Assembly (NCBI GenBank): GCA_963663545.1
Contig: OY760505.1
Location: 3,136,001-3,200,000, forward strand
Direction: 5' to 3'
Length of the DNA: 64,000 bases
Origin: Candidatus Delongbacteria bacterium
Lineage (GTDB): Bacteria; CAIWAD01
The first letter of the stretch is position 1. The number at the start of each line of letters is the position of its first letter. Under the pieces are notes generated by a model that was not told the origin of the DNA, searched no databases, and saw only the letters and a program-made list of their open reading frames with translations. The translations under genes and the position numbers were made by a program. Of this stretch, positions 18,192 to 26,644 are shown piece after piece.

Positions 18192-21146
18192 ATGGCCTAC
18201 ATCAAGCGCATTCTTGCCATCGATGATGATCCCGATGCACTAAAAATCTTGAGCGAGTATCTCATTCTTGAGGGCTACGATGTCCTGACCGCCGTCGATG
18301 GCGGCAGGGGCGTTGATGTTCTCGCGCGGGAAGAAGTGCAGTTGGTCATTACCGACCTGAACATGCCCGGTCTGTCGGGTATGGATGTGATCGATATCGT
18401 TCGCAAGAATCACCCACTGGTTCAAGTGATTGTGGTCACCGGCTACGGCACCATGGAAACAGTGCTGGAGGCCTTACACAAGGGAGCCATCGACTATCTC
18501 GAGAAGCCCTTCTTGCTGGAGATCCTCAAGCTCTCCTTGCGAAAGGCCGAGCGACAGTATGAAATCGATCAACGACTGGCAGAGTTGCGCGCCGAGCCAG
18601 CTCCTGTTTCGGCTGATGGACTGCAGCTCGATGGCTTGATCGAAATGTTGCCCCAGCCGCTGGCGTTGCTTTCCAATGAAGGCAGGCTGCTGGGGGCAAA
18701 TCCGAGATTCCTGGACCTCTTCGGTGAAGCCGATGGCGAAGGTTATCCTGCACAACTCAAGGGACGCCAACGCCGCTTGTGGACACAGTTGACGGGAGAG
18801 CCAGAGGAGGGGGCCAGCGAACTGGTGAACGTCGACAGTGAAGGCCGCGAGGAAGTGCTTGAGCTGACTTTGCATCGCCTGTCGGGAGAGCGCTGGCTTG
18901 TGAGTGCCCAGGAAGTCCACTGGGAAGAAGAGGACGGTGGATCCTGCCCCTTGGGGACCTTGGTCGTTAGCGCCATTGGCACGGTGCTGTGGGCGGACGC
19001 AGCCTCTGTTGAGTTCTTCGAGCTAGAGGATCAGGTCGGCGACTTGAGCCTCTTTGAGCTCTTCGGACAGGAAAGCCGTGAGACATTTCGCAAGGCCATT
19101 GCCGAAGAGCAGGCGCTGAGCGCACGTCGTCGCTGGACCTTGAATCTCTCGACCATGGGCACCTATACGATGCAGGTCGATGTGGATGTCGCACCGCTGC
19201 TTGACGATCAGGATCGCCGAATGGCTTCGGTGATACATCTGCAGCGCCACCGCAGTGGTTTACCCAGTCAGCATTATGACCGCCGCGTGGCGGTGGGCCG
19301 TACTGTGCCGCTCTTGTACATCGATGAAGCGGGGCACGTGACCGGCGCCTCCAGGGCTTTTCTGGATCTGGCCGCCTGCAGCATGGACGAGATTCGAGGC
19401 GAACCCCTGAGGGAGATTCTGCGACCGGCCGCGCAGGTTGGCCATCTGTTGTTCCGTGCAGGAAGCCATAGTCGCGAGCTGATCTGTCGTGCCGACAGTA
19501 TCACGACGGGCGGCCGCGTGTTACAATTCGCTCATCAGCCTGCAGCCCAATTGGCGGACCAGATTCTTGAGCAGAAGGAACAGCTGTTTCGTGCGACAAA
19601 CATGCTCTCGAACCTGCTCAATGGCGATCGTAGCGCGAATCAATTGCGCTCGCGCCTTGATGATGTAGCACGCACAGTAGTGGATGCGGGGTTCTTCCGT
19701 CGGGCCTTCATTTTTATTCAGCAGGGCCAGGAAGTCCACTGGGGTTTCGCCGGTTACAGTGAAGCTGAGCAGGAGCAAATACGCCGTGATCCAAACTGGC
19801 AGAAACTGTGCGCCAGTCCGGATGAGCGCTGCCTTCCTTTGGGAACCGGAAAACTGGTTTGTCCAGGGTACGAGGGAGCCGAGCTTCCCGAAGCCTGGGG
19901 TGAGAATTACCGTCTGCTGCTGCCCGTAAAGCGCCAGGATGGTGAAGAAATCGGCTACATGCGTGTGACAGCAAATCCGCGCGGTGTGATACCCAACGCG
20001 GCGCTGGTGCACGTCTTCGAATTGATGTTACGTCAAGTGGCTGTATCACTGGATGAGATTGCCCTTGAAAAGCACGTGCGTCGTACCGAAGAGATGTACC
20101 GCGCTCTTTATGACAACGCCCGATATCCCATTGTCATTGTCAGCCTGGAAGATGGCCGCATTATCGATGTGAACCGTGAGACGGCCAATCTGTTGCAGTA
20201 CACGCGTGACGAGCTGGTTGGGCGTCGCATTTGGGAAACACGCGTCGAGGAGTATCGCGAGCAGGCGCGCCGCAACTGGCTATCTGCCGTGAGACACGAA
20301 ATCGGCCGATTCGAGAATGTGCCTCTGGCCTGCAAGGACGGCACCGTTGTCTTTACCGATTACGAAGTCGTCTACAGCGAAATCGATGGCCGTCCCGTGT
20401 TACAAGGTTTCTATCGTGACGTCACCGAGAAGCAGGCCATGCAGTACACGCTGATCCAGAGCCAGAAGTTGGCTGGATTAGGACAGCTGTCGGCGGGCAT
20501 TGCCCATGAGCTTCGCAACCCTCTAGGCATCATCAATAGCTCGCTCTTTTTCGTGAGACAAGTGCTGGAGAAGGAACAGCGCCCCATCAGTGATCAGCTG
20601 CACAAGCACTTGGGCATCATGCAAAATGAACTGGACCGCGCCAAGAAGATCATCGAAAACCTGCTTTCCTTCAGCCGCGTGTCCAATCAGGAGCGCGAAG
20701 CCGTAGATCTGAACGACTTGTTGCGTGTTACACTGGACCTGATGAAAAAGGAGCTGCTGGTCAACAATATCCGTCTGCTGACGGATCTGGCAGACCTTCC
20801 CTTGGTCTATCTTAATCTTGACGAGCTGAAGCAGGCTTTTCTCAATGTGATACTCAATTCCACTCAGGCAATGCCCGATGGAGGGGAATTGACCATTCGC
20901 AGCCGCCGTGAAAGCGCCGAGAGGGTCGTGCTGGAGTTTTGTGATACGGGCTGTGGCATCAGCAAGGAAGACCTCGCCAACGTGTTCAACCCCTTCTTTA
21001 CAACCAAGGACCCGGGAGTGGGCACAGGCCTCGGCCTTTCACTGACGCATTCCTTTATTCGCCGTGCCGGCGGCGATTTGACCATTGAATCCGAACCGAA
21101 CGTGGGAACGACCGTGCGCGTTTTCCTGCCCTGTACCATGGAGTAA
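18192..21146 (+). CDS. Hybrid sensor histidine kinase (N-terminal REC, several PAS/GAF-like domains, HisKA, HATPase)
   Basis: REC 'DDD..TDLNMPG..TGYG..KPF'; H-box 'AGIAHELRNPL'; N/G/F boxes 'NVILNS', 'DTGCGI', 'FNPFFTTK', 'GTGLGL'. Confidence 0.93.
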   Translation: MAYIKRILAIDDDPDALKILSEYLILEGYDVLTAVDGGRGVDVLAREEVQLVITDLNMPGLSGMDVIDIVRKNHPLVQVIVVTGYGTMETVLEALHKGAIDYLEKPFLLEILKLSLRKAERQYEIDQRLAELRAEPAPVSADGLQLDGLIEMLPQPLALLSNEGRLLGANPRFLDLFGEADGEGYPAQLKGRQRRLWTQLTGEPEEGASELVNVDSEGREEVLELTLHRLSGERWLVSAQEVHWEEEDGGSCPLGTLVVSAIGTVLWADAASVEFFELEDQVGDLSLFELFGQESRETFRKAIAEEQALSARRRWTLNLSTMGTYTMQVDVDVAPLLDDQDRRMASVIHLQRHRSGLPSQHYDRRVAVGRTVPLLYIDEAGHVTGASRAFLDLAACSMDEIRGEPLREILRPAAQVGHLLFRAGSHSRELICRADSITTGGRVLQFAHQPAAQLADQILEQKEQLFRATNMLSNLLNGDRSANQLRSRLDDVARTVVDAGFFRRAFIFIQQGQEVHWGFAGYSEAEQEQIRRDPNWQKLCASPDERCLPLGTGKLVCPGYEGAELPEAWGENYRLLLPVKRQDGEEIGYMRVTANPRGVIPNAALVHVFELMLRQVAVSLDEIALEKHVRRTEEMYRALYDNARYPIVIVSLEDGRIIDVNRETANLLQYTRDELVGRRIWETRVEEYREQARRNWLSAVRHEIGRFENVPLACKDGTVVFTDYEVVYSEIDGRPVLQGFYRDVTEKQAMQYTLIQSQKLAGLGQLSAGIAHELRNPLGIINSSLFFVRQVLEKEQRPISDQLHKHLGIMQNELDRAKKIIENLLSFSRVSNQEREAVDLNDLLRVTLDLMKKELLVNNIRLLTDLADLPLVYLNLDELKQAFLNVILNSTQAMPDGGELTIRSRRESAERVVLEFCDTGCGISKEDLANVFNPFFTTKDPGVGTGLGLSLTHSFIRRAGGDLTIESEPNVGTTVRVFLPCTME

Positions 21147-21155
21147 GGGATCACG

Positions 21156-22547
21156 ATGACACAACGATTGCGCATTCTTCTGGTGGACGATGAAATCAAC
21201 ATGCTTGAATCGCTGGGCGATGTATTACGCGCTGAGCGTTATCAGGTGGCAACGGCAAATTCCGGTGCCGAGGCAGTTGAGCGTCTCGAGAAGGAACCCG
21301 ACTTCGATCTGATGATCACCGACCTCAAGATGCCGCGTATGGGCGGTATGGAACTGTTGCAGAAGGTTTCGGAGCGCTGGCCCAGCTTGCACACCATGGT
21401 GTTGACGGGACATGGCAGTATCGAGAGCGCGGTACAGGCCATGCGCATGGGCGCCTACGATTTCATTCTGAAGCCCTTCAAGCCCGACGAAGCGCTGCGC
21501 ATCATTGGGCGCCTGGATGAGAAGCTCAACGGCCTGGTGCAGGAAAACACCCTGATGTCGGACCTGTCCCAGCGCTACGGCTTTGACTCCATCATTGGCA
21601 ACAGCCCGGCCATCATGGACCTGTTTAAAAAAGTGGCGACCGCGGCCAAATCCAATGCGTCCATTCTGGTGACTGGTGAGTCGGGAACAGGAAAGGAGCT
21701 TGTAGCCCACGTGGTGCACTACTTCAGTCACCGCGCCAACAAGCCCTTCATCAAAACCAGTTGTGCCGCCTTTGGTGAGGGCGTGCTTGAGTCCGAGCTT
21801 TTCGGCCACGAGCGCGGTGCTTTTACCCACGCCGTCGAGCAGCGCAAGGGACGTTTCGAGCTTGCCGACAAGGGCACGCTCTTTCTGGATGAAGTGGGCG
21901 ACATTCCGCTGCACACGCAGACCAAGCTGGTTCGTGTGTTACAAACCAAGGAATTCGAGCGCGTCGGCGGAACAGACACCTTAAAGGTCGATGTGCGCAT
22001 TATTGCGGCCACTCACCGCAACGTGCGGGAAATGATCAGCCAGAGTCGTTTTCGCGAAGATTTGTATTACAGATTGAATGTGATACCAATTCATGTTCCC
22101 CCGCTGCGCGAGCGCCGCGAGGACATTCCACTGCTGGTGAATCACTTCGTCAAGCTCTTTGCCCGAGAAATGGGCAAGAAGGTCGAAGGAGTTTCCAAGT
22201 CGATGATGAACGAGCTGCAGAACTACGAGTGGCCGGGAAACATTCGTGAGCTGCGCAATGTTGTCGAGCGCGCTGTTGTGTTCTGCGAAGGACGACAGTT
22301 GACCATGGCCGATCTGACGCATGATGCTATCGGTGAAGCCAAGCAGGATGGATACCAGCTCAAACTGAAATCCCTCAGTTTGCAGGAGACCGAAGCTGCA
22401 TTAATTACACACTGCCTCAATTTGACCAAGTGGAATCTGTCGCAGACAGCCAAATTACTTGAGATCAGTCGAGGCACACTGTACTCGAAAATGGTCAAGC
22501 TGGGATTGCGTGACAACGAGGAGGAAGGCGATAAGGGCGAGGAATAG
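21156..22547 (+). CDS. NtrC-family sigma-54-dependent response regulator
   Basis: REC; 'GESGTGKE', 'ESELFGHERGAFTHA', 'LFLDEVG', 'FREDLYYRLNV', 'WPGNIREL'; C-terminal Fis-type HTH. Confidence 0.95.
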   Translation: MTQRLRILLVDDEINMLESLGDVLRAERYQVATANSGAEAVERLEKEPDFDLMITDLKMPRMGGMELLQKVSERWPSLHTMVLTGHGSIESAVQAMRMGAYDFILKPFKPDEALRIIGRLDEKLNGLVQENTLMSDLSQRYGFDSIIGNSPAIMDLFKKVATAAKSNASILVTGESGTGKELVAHVVHYFSHRANKPFIKTSCAAFGEGVLESELFGHERGAFTHAVEQRKGRFELADKGTLFLDEVGDIPLHTQTKLVRVLQTKEFERVGGTDTLKVDVRIIAATHRNVREMISQSRFREDLYYRLNVIPIHVPPLRERREDIPLLVNHFVKLFAREMGKKVEGVSKSMMNELQNYEWPGNIRELRNVVERAVVFCEGRQLTMADLTHDAIGEAKQDGYQLKLKSLSLQETEAALITHCLNLTKWNLSQTAKLLEISRGTLYSKMVKLGLRDNEEEGDKGEE

Positions 22548-22582
22548 ACCACGCCCCGCCGGTGTCACGGGAGAGGTAGCTT

Positions 22583-25162
22583 GTGATACGGGAGCCGGAC
22601 AACCAGACCAATCTGGGCCTAAGGGCTCATGAAGTAGATCGCCTGCTTGGTGGCCTGCTGGATTCCGCCGTGGACCTGATTGGTGCACAGCGCGGCTCCG
22701 TCATGTTGCCTGCGGGCGATGGTCGTCTGCGCATTCGCCTGGCTCGCGGCCTTTCCGCCGACCTCGTAGAACGTGTAGCCCAGGATCCAGACACTGGCGT
22801 GGCCGGTCGTGTGATACGCGCCGGGAAACCCGAACACCTTACCGGATCCCACAACGGTCGTCAACTTGATGAAGCTCTTGTCCTGCCGTTGCGGATAGGT
22901 CGTGATACACTGGGAACCCTGAATCTGGGCCGTCACGGTGGCGACGCCTGGGCTCCGCCGCTGCGTGAACGCACCATCAACTTCGTCTCCAAAGCCGGCG
23001 AAGTGTTCGATGTAGTACGCCTAGGCCACGAGCGCGAACGCCGTCTGGCAGATCAGGAACGCCAACTGGCCTACGCTCGCGTTTTTGGCTCTACGCGAGA
23101 CCTGGACCGCATCGTGGAACTGCTGCTGGGCTGCGCTCGCGAATTGACGGGAAGTACGACGGCGGTTGTCGATCTGGCGGGAGGCAGCACGGAAGAACTC
23201 TACCTGGATGGCGTACTGCCGCCTACCGGTGATCGCCTGCGTGCAATTCTCAAACAGGGCTTGAGTGTGCTTCCCGCTTCGCGCATCAAGCATCTGCGCA
23301 GTTTGCAGTTGCTCCAATCAGGACATCCCCTGCGTGCGCTGGCCGATGAATCGCTGGCACACAGCCTGCTGCAAATGCCGCTGGTGTTCGGCTACCGGCA
23401 GCTGGGACGTCTGATCTTGCTGGATATGGGACCACGCAGTCTGCGCAGTGAAGGATTGCGCTTGCTCAACCTGCTCTGCCAGGAAGCCGCCGTGGCACTG
23501 GATCAAGCCCAGGCCATGCGCGAGCTGCAGCAGATGGCTTTTGTGGATCCGCTCACGCGACTGGCCAACCGCCATTATTGGATGCAGCGATTTACCGAAG
23601 AGCTGACACGTGCCTCACGCCGCCGACAGCCGCTGTCCTTGTTACTGCTTGACATCGACCACTTCAAACTCTACAACGATACCTACGGTCACCAGGTTGG
23701 CGATCAGGTGCTGCGTATGGTTGCCAATGTGATACGCAACTGCAGCCGCGAAGTCGATGCTGCAGGGCGCTACGGTGGTGAGGAGTTTGGCGTTCTGCTG
23801 CCTGAAACGGGCGAGCAGGGAGCCTGTGGCGTGGCCGAGCGCATTCGTCGGCAGGTGGCCAGTTTGCGATTGGGCAATGTGGTCGAGGGCCGTGGCCTGA
23901 CAATTTCCATCGGTGTAGCCACGATCGAAAACGGCGCGGCATCAGCGGCCGAACTGATCGCGCGTTCCGACGCGGCTCTGCTGGCTTCGAAAGCCGAAGG
24001 ACGCAATCGAGTGCGTCTTCATTCAGCGCGGGGTATTGAAGACGTGCAGGCCGAAGAAGCCATGCCCGCCAATGGCCAGCATGGCGGTCTGCAGATGATT
24101 CTGGCGGGCTGCAACAGCGGTGAGCGTCTTTCACTGGGTGCGCTCTGCGAGCGCAGCGGATGCCAGGTCCGCTTGCTGGAGTCGGGCGAGAGCCTGCTGG
24201 CCGAACTACGACGCCAGACTCCCGAGTTGGTGATGCTGGACGTTCGCAATCCGGACGGGCTGCAACTACTGGAACGGCTGAAACGGTTGGACCCACTGCT
24301 TCCGGTGCTAGCACTTGTGGCGCGTGAGACGCCCGAGTTGGCTGCAGAAGCGGTGCGCACAGGTGCAGACGATTATCTGCGCATGCCCTGTATTCACGAC
24401 GAACTACGTCGTAGCCTGGAGAAGATGCGTCAGCGTCGCATGCGCCTTAGTCGCACAGAACAGCCGCAATCGGGCGGTGGCGAGCAGGAGCTGGGAGAGC
24501 AGCAACTGGTGCACATCGCCGGTATCGCACAGCGTGACTTTCGCGAGCACGCCGCGCGCCTGCGCGTGTTACAGGAGTTCAACCGCCGCAGTCTTGAGCA
24601 TCCCATCCGTGGTGCGCTGATGATCGATCGCGGACAGCGTCTGGTGCAGGCCAATCGCCGCGCCTGCGAAATGCTGGGGCTGCAGGAAGGCGAAACCCTG
24701 GGGCGTCGCCTCTTTGAATTGGCGCCGACTCTGGATGATATGCGCGTGAGGCGCGCGCTGGTTCACCTTGAGCAGACCGCCGAAGAAGTACTGATCAATG
24801 ACATCTGGCTTCGTGCGCCTGGTGCTGATACCAGCCAGCTTCACAAGATTCAGCTCAAGCCTGTGGAGCTGGACAAGGGCGAGGGCTACATCCTGATCAC
24901 CCTGGAAAACCTGCTCGATCGCCAGGTGCTGGAGGAGGAGCGCACACGGCTGAGGATTCGGATTCTACGCGAGGTTCGCGGTGAGATTGCACAGCAGCTG
25001 CAGCTTGTGGCAACCCGCGGAGAGCTGCTGCTTCAGCGACTGCAAAACACACCACGCCGTGACACCGTAATCAAGCGCGATCTGTTGCGCATTCTTGAAG
25101 ACGCCGATCGCATCGACCAGATGCTGGCGGATCTTTCAAAAGGCAACACTCCCCGGTCCTGA
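22583..25162 (+). CDS. Multidomain diguanylate cyclase (GAF-GAF-GGDEF-REC-PAS, helical tail)
   Basis: 'DPLTRLANR', 'DIDHFKLYNDTYGH', 'REVD..GRYGGEEF'; atypical REC ('VMLDV..PDG', 'GADDYL') and PAS ('ANRRACEMLG') after the GGDEF domain. Confidence 0.88.
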   Translation: MIREPDNQTNLGLRAHEVDRLLGGLLDSAVDLIGAQRGSVMLPAGDGRLRIRLARGLSADLVERVAQDPDTGVAGRVIRAGKPEHLTGSHNGRQLDEALVLPLRIGRDTLGTLNLGRHGGDAWAPPLRERTINFVSKAGEVFDVVRLGHERERRLADQERQLAYARVFGSTRDLDRIVELLLGCARELTGSTTAVVDLAGGSTEELYLDGVLPPTGDRLRAILKQGLSVLPASRIKHLRSLQLLQSGHPLRALADESLAHSLLQMPLVFGYRQLGRLILLDMGPRSLRSEGLRLLNLLCQEAAVALDQAQAMRELQQMAFVDPLTRLANRHYWMQRFTEELTRASRRRQPLSLLLLDIDHFKLYNDTYGHQVGDQVLRMVANVIRNCSREVDAAGRYGGEEFGVLLPETGEQGACGVAERIRRQVASLRLGNVVEGRGLTISIGVATIENGAASAAELIARSDAALLASKAEGRNRVRLHSARGIEDVQAEEAMPANGQHGGLQMILAGCNSGERLSLGALCERSGCQVRLLESGESLLAELRRQTPELVMLDVRNPDGLQLLERLKRLDPLLPVLALVARETPELAAEAVRTGADDYLRMPCIHDELRRSLEKMRQRRMRLSRTEQPQSGGGEQELGEQQLVHIAGIAQRDFREHAARLRVLQEFNRRSLEHPIRGALMIDRGQRLVQANRRACEMLGLQEGETLGRRLFELAPTLDDMRVRRALVHLEQTAEEVLINDIWLRAPGADTSQLHKIQLKPVELDKGEGYILITLENLLDRQVLEEERTRLRIRILREVRGEIAQQLQLVATRGELLLQRLQNTPRRDTVIKRDLLRILEDADRIDQMLADLSKGNTPRS

Positions 25163-25190
25163 CCTCCCGTCAAAAAAATAGCGCAGCATC

Positions 25191-25219
25191 TTGCACGAAA
25201 GGTGATCGGGCTATATATT
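25191..25219 (+). promoter_or_regulatory. Sigma-70-type promoter of the tRNA operon
   Basis: TTGCAC (25191-25196), 17-nt spacer, TATATT (25214-25219), 16 nt before tRNA-Ala. Confidence 0.65.
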
Positions 25220-25235
25220 GGGGGTCTTCTTTGAC

Positions 25236-25309
25236 GGGGCATTAGCTCAGTTTGGGAGAGCGCTTGACTGGCAGTCAAGAGGTCAGCGGTTCGATCCCGC
25301 TATGCTCCA
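25236..25309 (+). tRNA. tRNA-Ala(GGC), CCA not encoded
   Basis: Acceptor GGGGCAT/ATGCTCC with G3:U70; anticodon arm CTTGA-CTGGCAG-TCAAG; T-loop GGTTCGATCC. Confidence 0.97.
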
Positions 25310-25378
25310 CTCGTTGAAATCTGCAGCTTGCGCAAGAGAACGGAAAATGGTTCATTGTTCGTCCTTGCGACTGCAAAT

Positions 25379-25451
25379 GCGAGAGTAACTCAGTTGGTAG
25401 AGTGCCACGTTGCCAACGTGGTTGTCGCGGGTTCGAGTCCCGTCTCTCGCT
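25379..25451 (+). tRNA. tRNA-Gly(GCC), CCA not encoded
   Basis: Acceptor GCGAGAG/CTCTCGC, U73; anticodon arm CCACG-TTGCCAA-CGTGG; GGTTCGAGTCC. Confidence 0.97.
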
Positions 25452-25496
25452 TTGTCCGCACCGCGGACGCGTCCGCCTAGGCGGACGTTTCTTTTT

Positions 25497-25567
<71 letters not shown>

Positions 25568-25577
25568 TCGAAAAGGC

Positions 25578-25611
25578 AAAGCCCATATCCCCTCAGGATC
25601 ATGGGCTTTTT
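25578..25611 (+). terminator. Terminator of tRNA operon
   Basis: AAAGCCCAT...ATGGGCTTT followed by further T residues. Confidence 0.7.
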
Positions 25612-25903
25612 CATTCCCGGTGAACCACAGCATGCACTACAACACAATCCGGACCGTGGAGGGCTTCTCGGCTGATTTGCGAGATCTTCTTGGTGCTCAG
25701 GCCTTTTTCGCGGCATCCACTTTACCTGTGTCATCTTTGACACGAGAACCCTAGTTTGGGGCCCGATAAAGCTGAATGTGTGCATTTTCCGGCGGTCTGC
25801 CCTGAAGTTCCACCGCCCTAATGCAGATAAGGAACCGTATTGTGTTTCCGCTCTGAAGTCCTGGCAGACGAGGCGGAATCGTGGAGAGGATGGAGAGAGC
25901 TGA

Positions 25904-26644
25904 ATGTCCCAGCGACGCGGCCTAGATGATTTACTTGAACTGGGTCTCCCGGCGGAGGTAGCCCTGCGTGCTGCAGAGCTGATCCGTGAGGGCGGCAGCG
26001 ACGCAGAGCTGCTCGCGCTTCTGCAGGGCTCGCCCGTGTTGCTTCTCCTGCTCATCCGTTTTGCTTCCTGCAGTTTCTATTCCTCCTGTGATACACCCAT
26101 TGATGAAGGCGGAGCCTGGCGCATGCTGGGGGGGCGACGCCTGCGTCCATACTTTGCAGCTGTGTTACAAGTTATGCCCGCACAGGCTGAACTGCCGCAA
26201 GCGGCCTCTTGGCGTGAACGCATGCAGCAAGCGGCCGATGCCGTGTTACAGGTCTGCAGCCGAGGGCGCAACGACGCTGCGCGCACACTTCTGCGGTTGC
26301 TGGAATTGGTTCCCATGCTTAGCGAACGCCGTACACGAAGCGTACCGTCCTGGCAGGAGTGGGGGCACAGCCTGTTGGTGCTGCTACAGGAACACGTCAG
26401 CAGTACGAGTCCACTGGTGGCGCTGGCCCAATGCCTGGACGCTCCGCACGCCTGCAAGGTGAGCGAGGAACTGCGTCGCCAGGCGGCCATGGTGCACCTT
26501 AGTCTGGCCCTTGCCGAGCAGGGCTTGCGTACTTTGCCGGGAAGCGGTGCAAGCGCAATTCCCGCCTGCAATCCCGAAGTCTGGTCCATTCTTGATCTAT
26601 CGCCCTGGCGTCTGCAGAACCTGCTCGAGGAAGCCCATGTCTGA
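25904..26644 (+). CDS. Hypothetical helical protein, possibly degenerate HDOD domain
   Basis: 'LLQGSPVLLLLLIRFASCSFY..DTPIDE..AWRMLG' parallels HDOD 'DP.L...LL+.ANS.FY....I.....A...LG'; overlaps the next gene. Confidence 0.5.
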   Translation: MSQRRGLDDLLELGLPAEVALRAAELIREGGSDAELLALLQGSPVLLLLLIRFASCSFYSSCDTPIDEGGAWRMLGGRRLRPYFAAVLQVMPAQAELPQAASWRERMQQAADAVLQVCSRGRNDAARTLLRLLELVPMLSERRTRSVPSWQEWGHSLLVLLQEHVSSTSPLVALAQCLDAPHACKVSEELRRQAAMVHLSLALAEQGLRTLPGSGASAIPACNPEVWSILDLSPWRLQNLLEEAHV

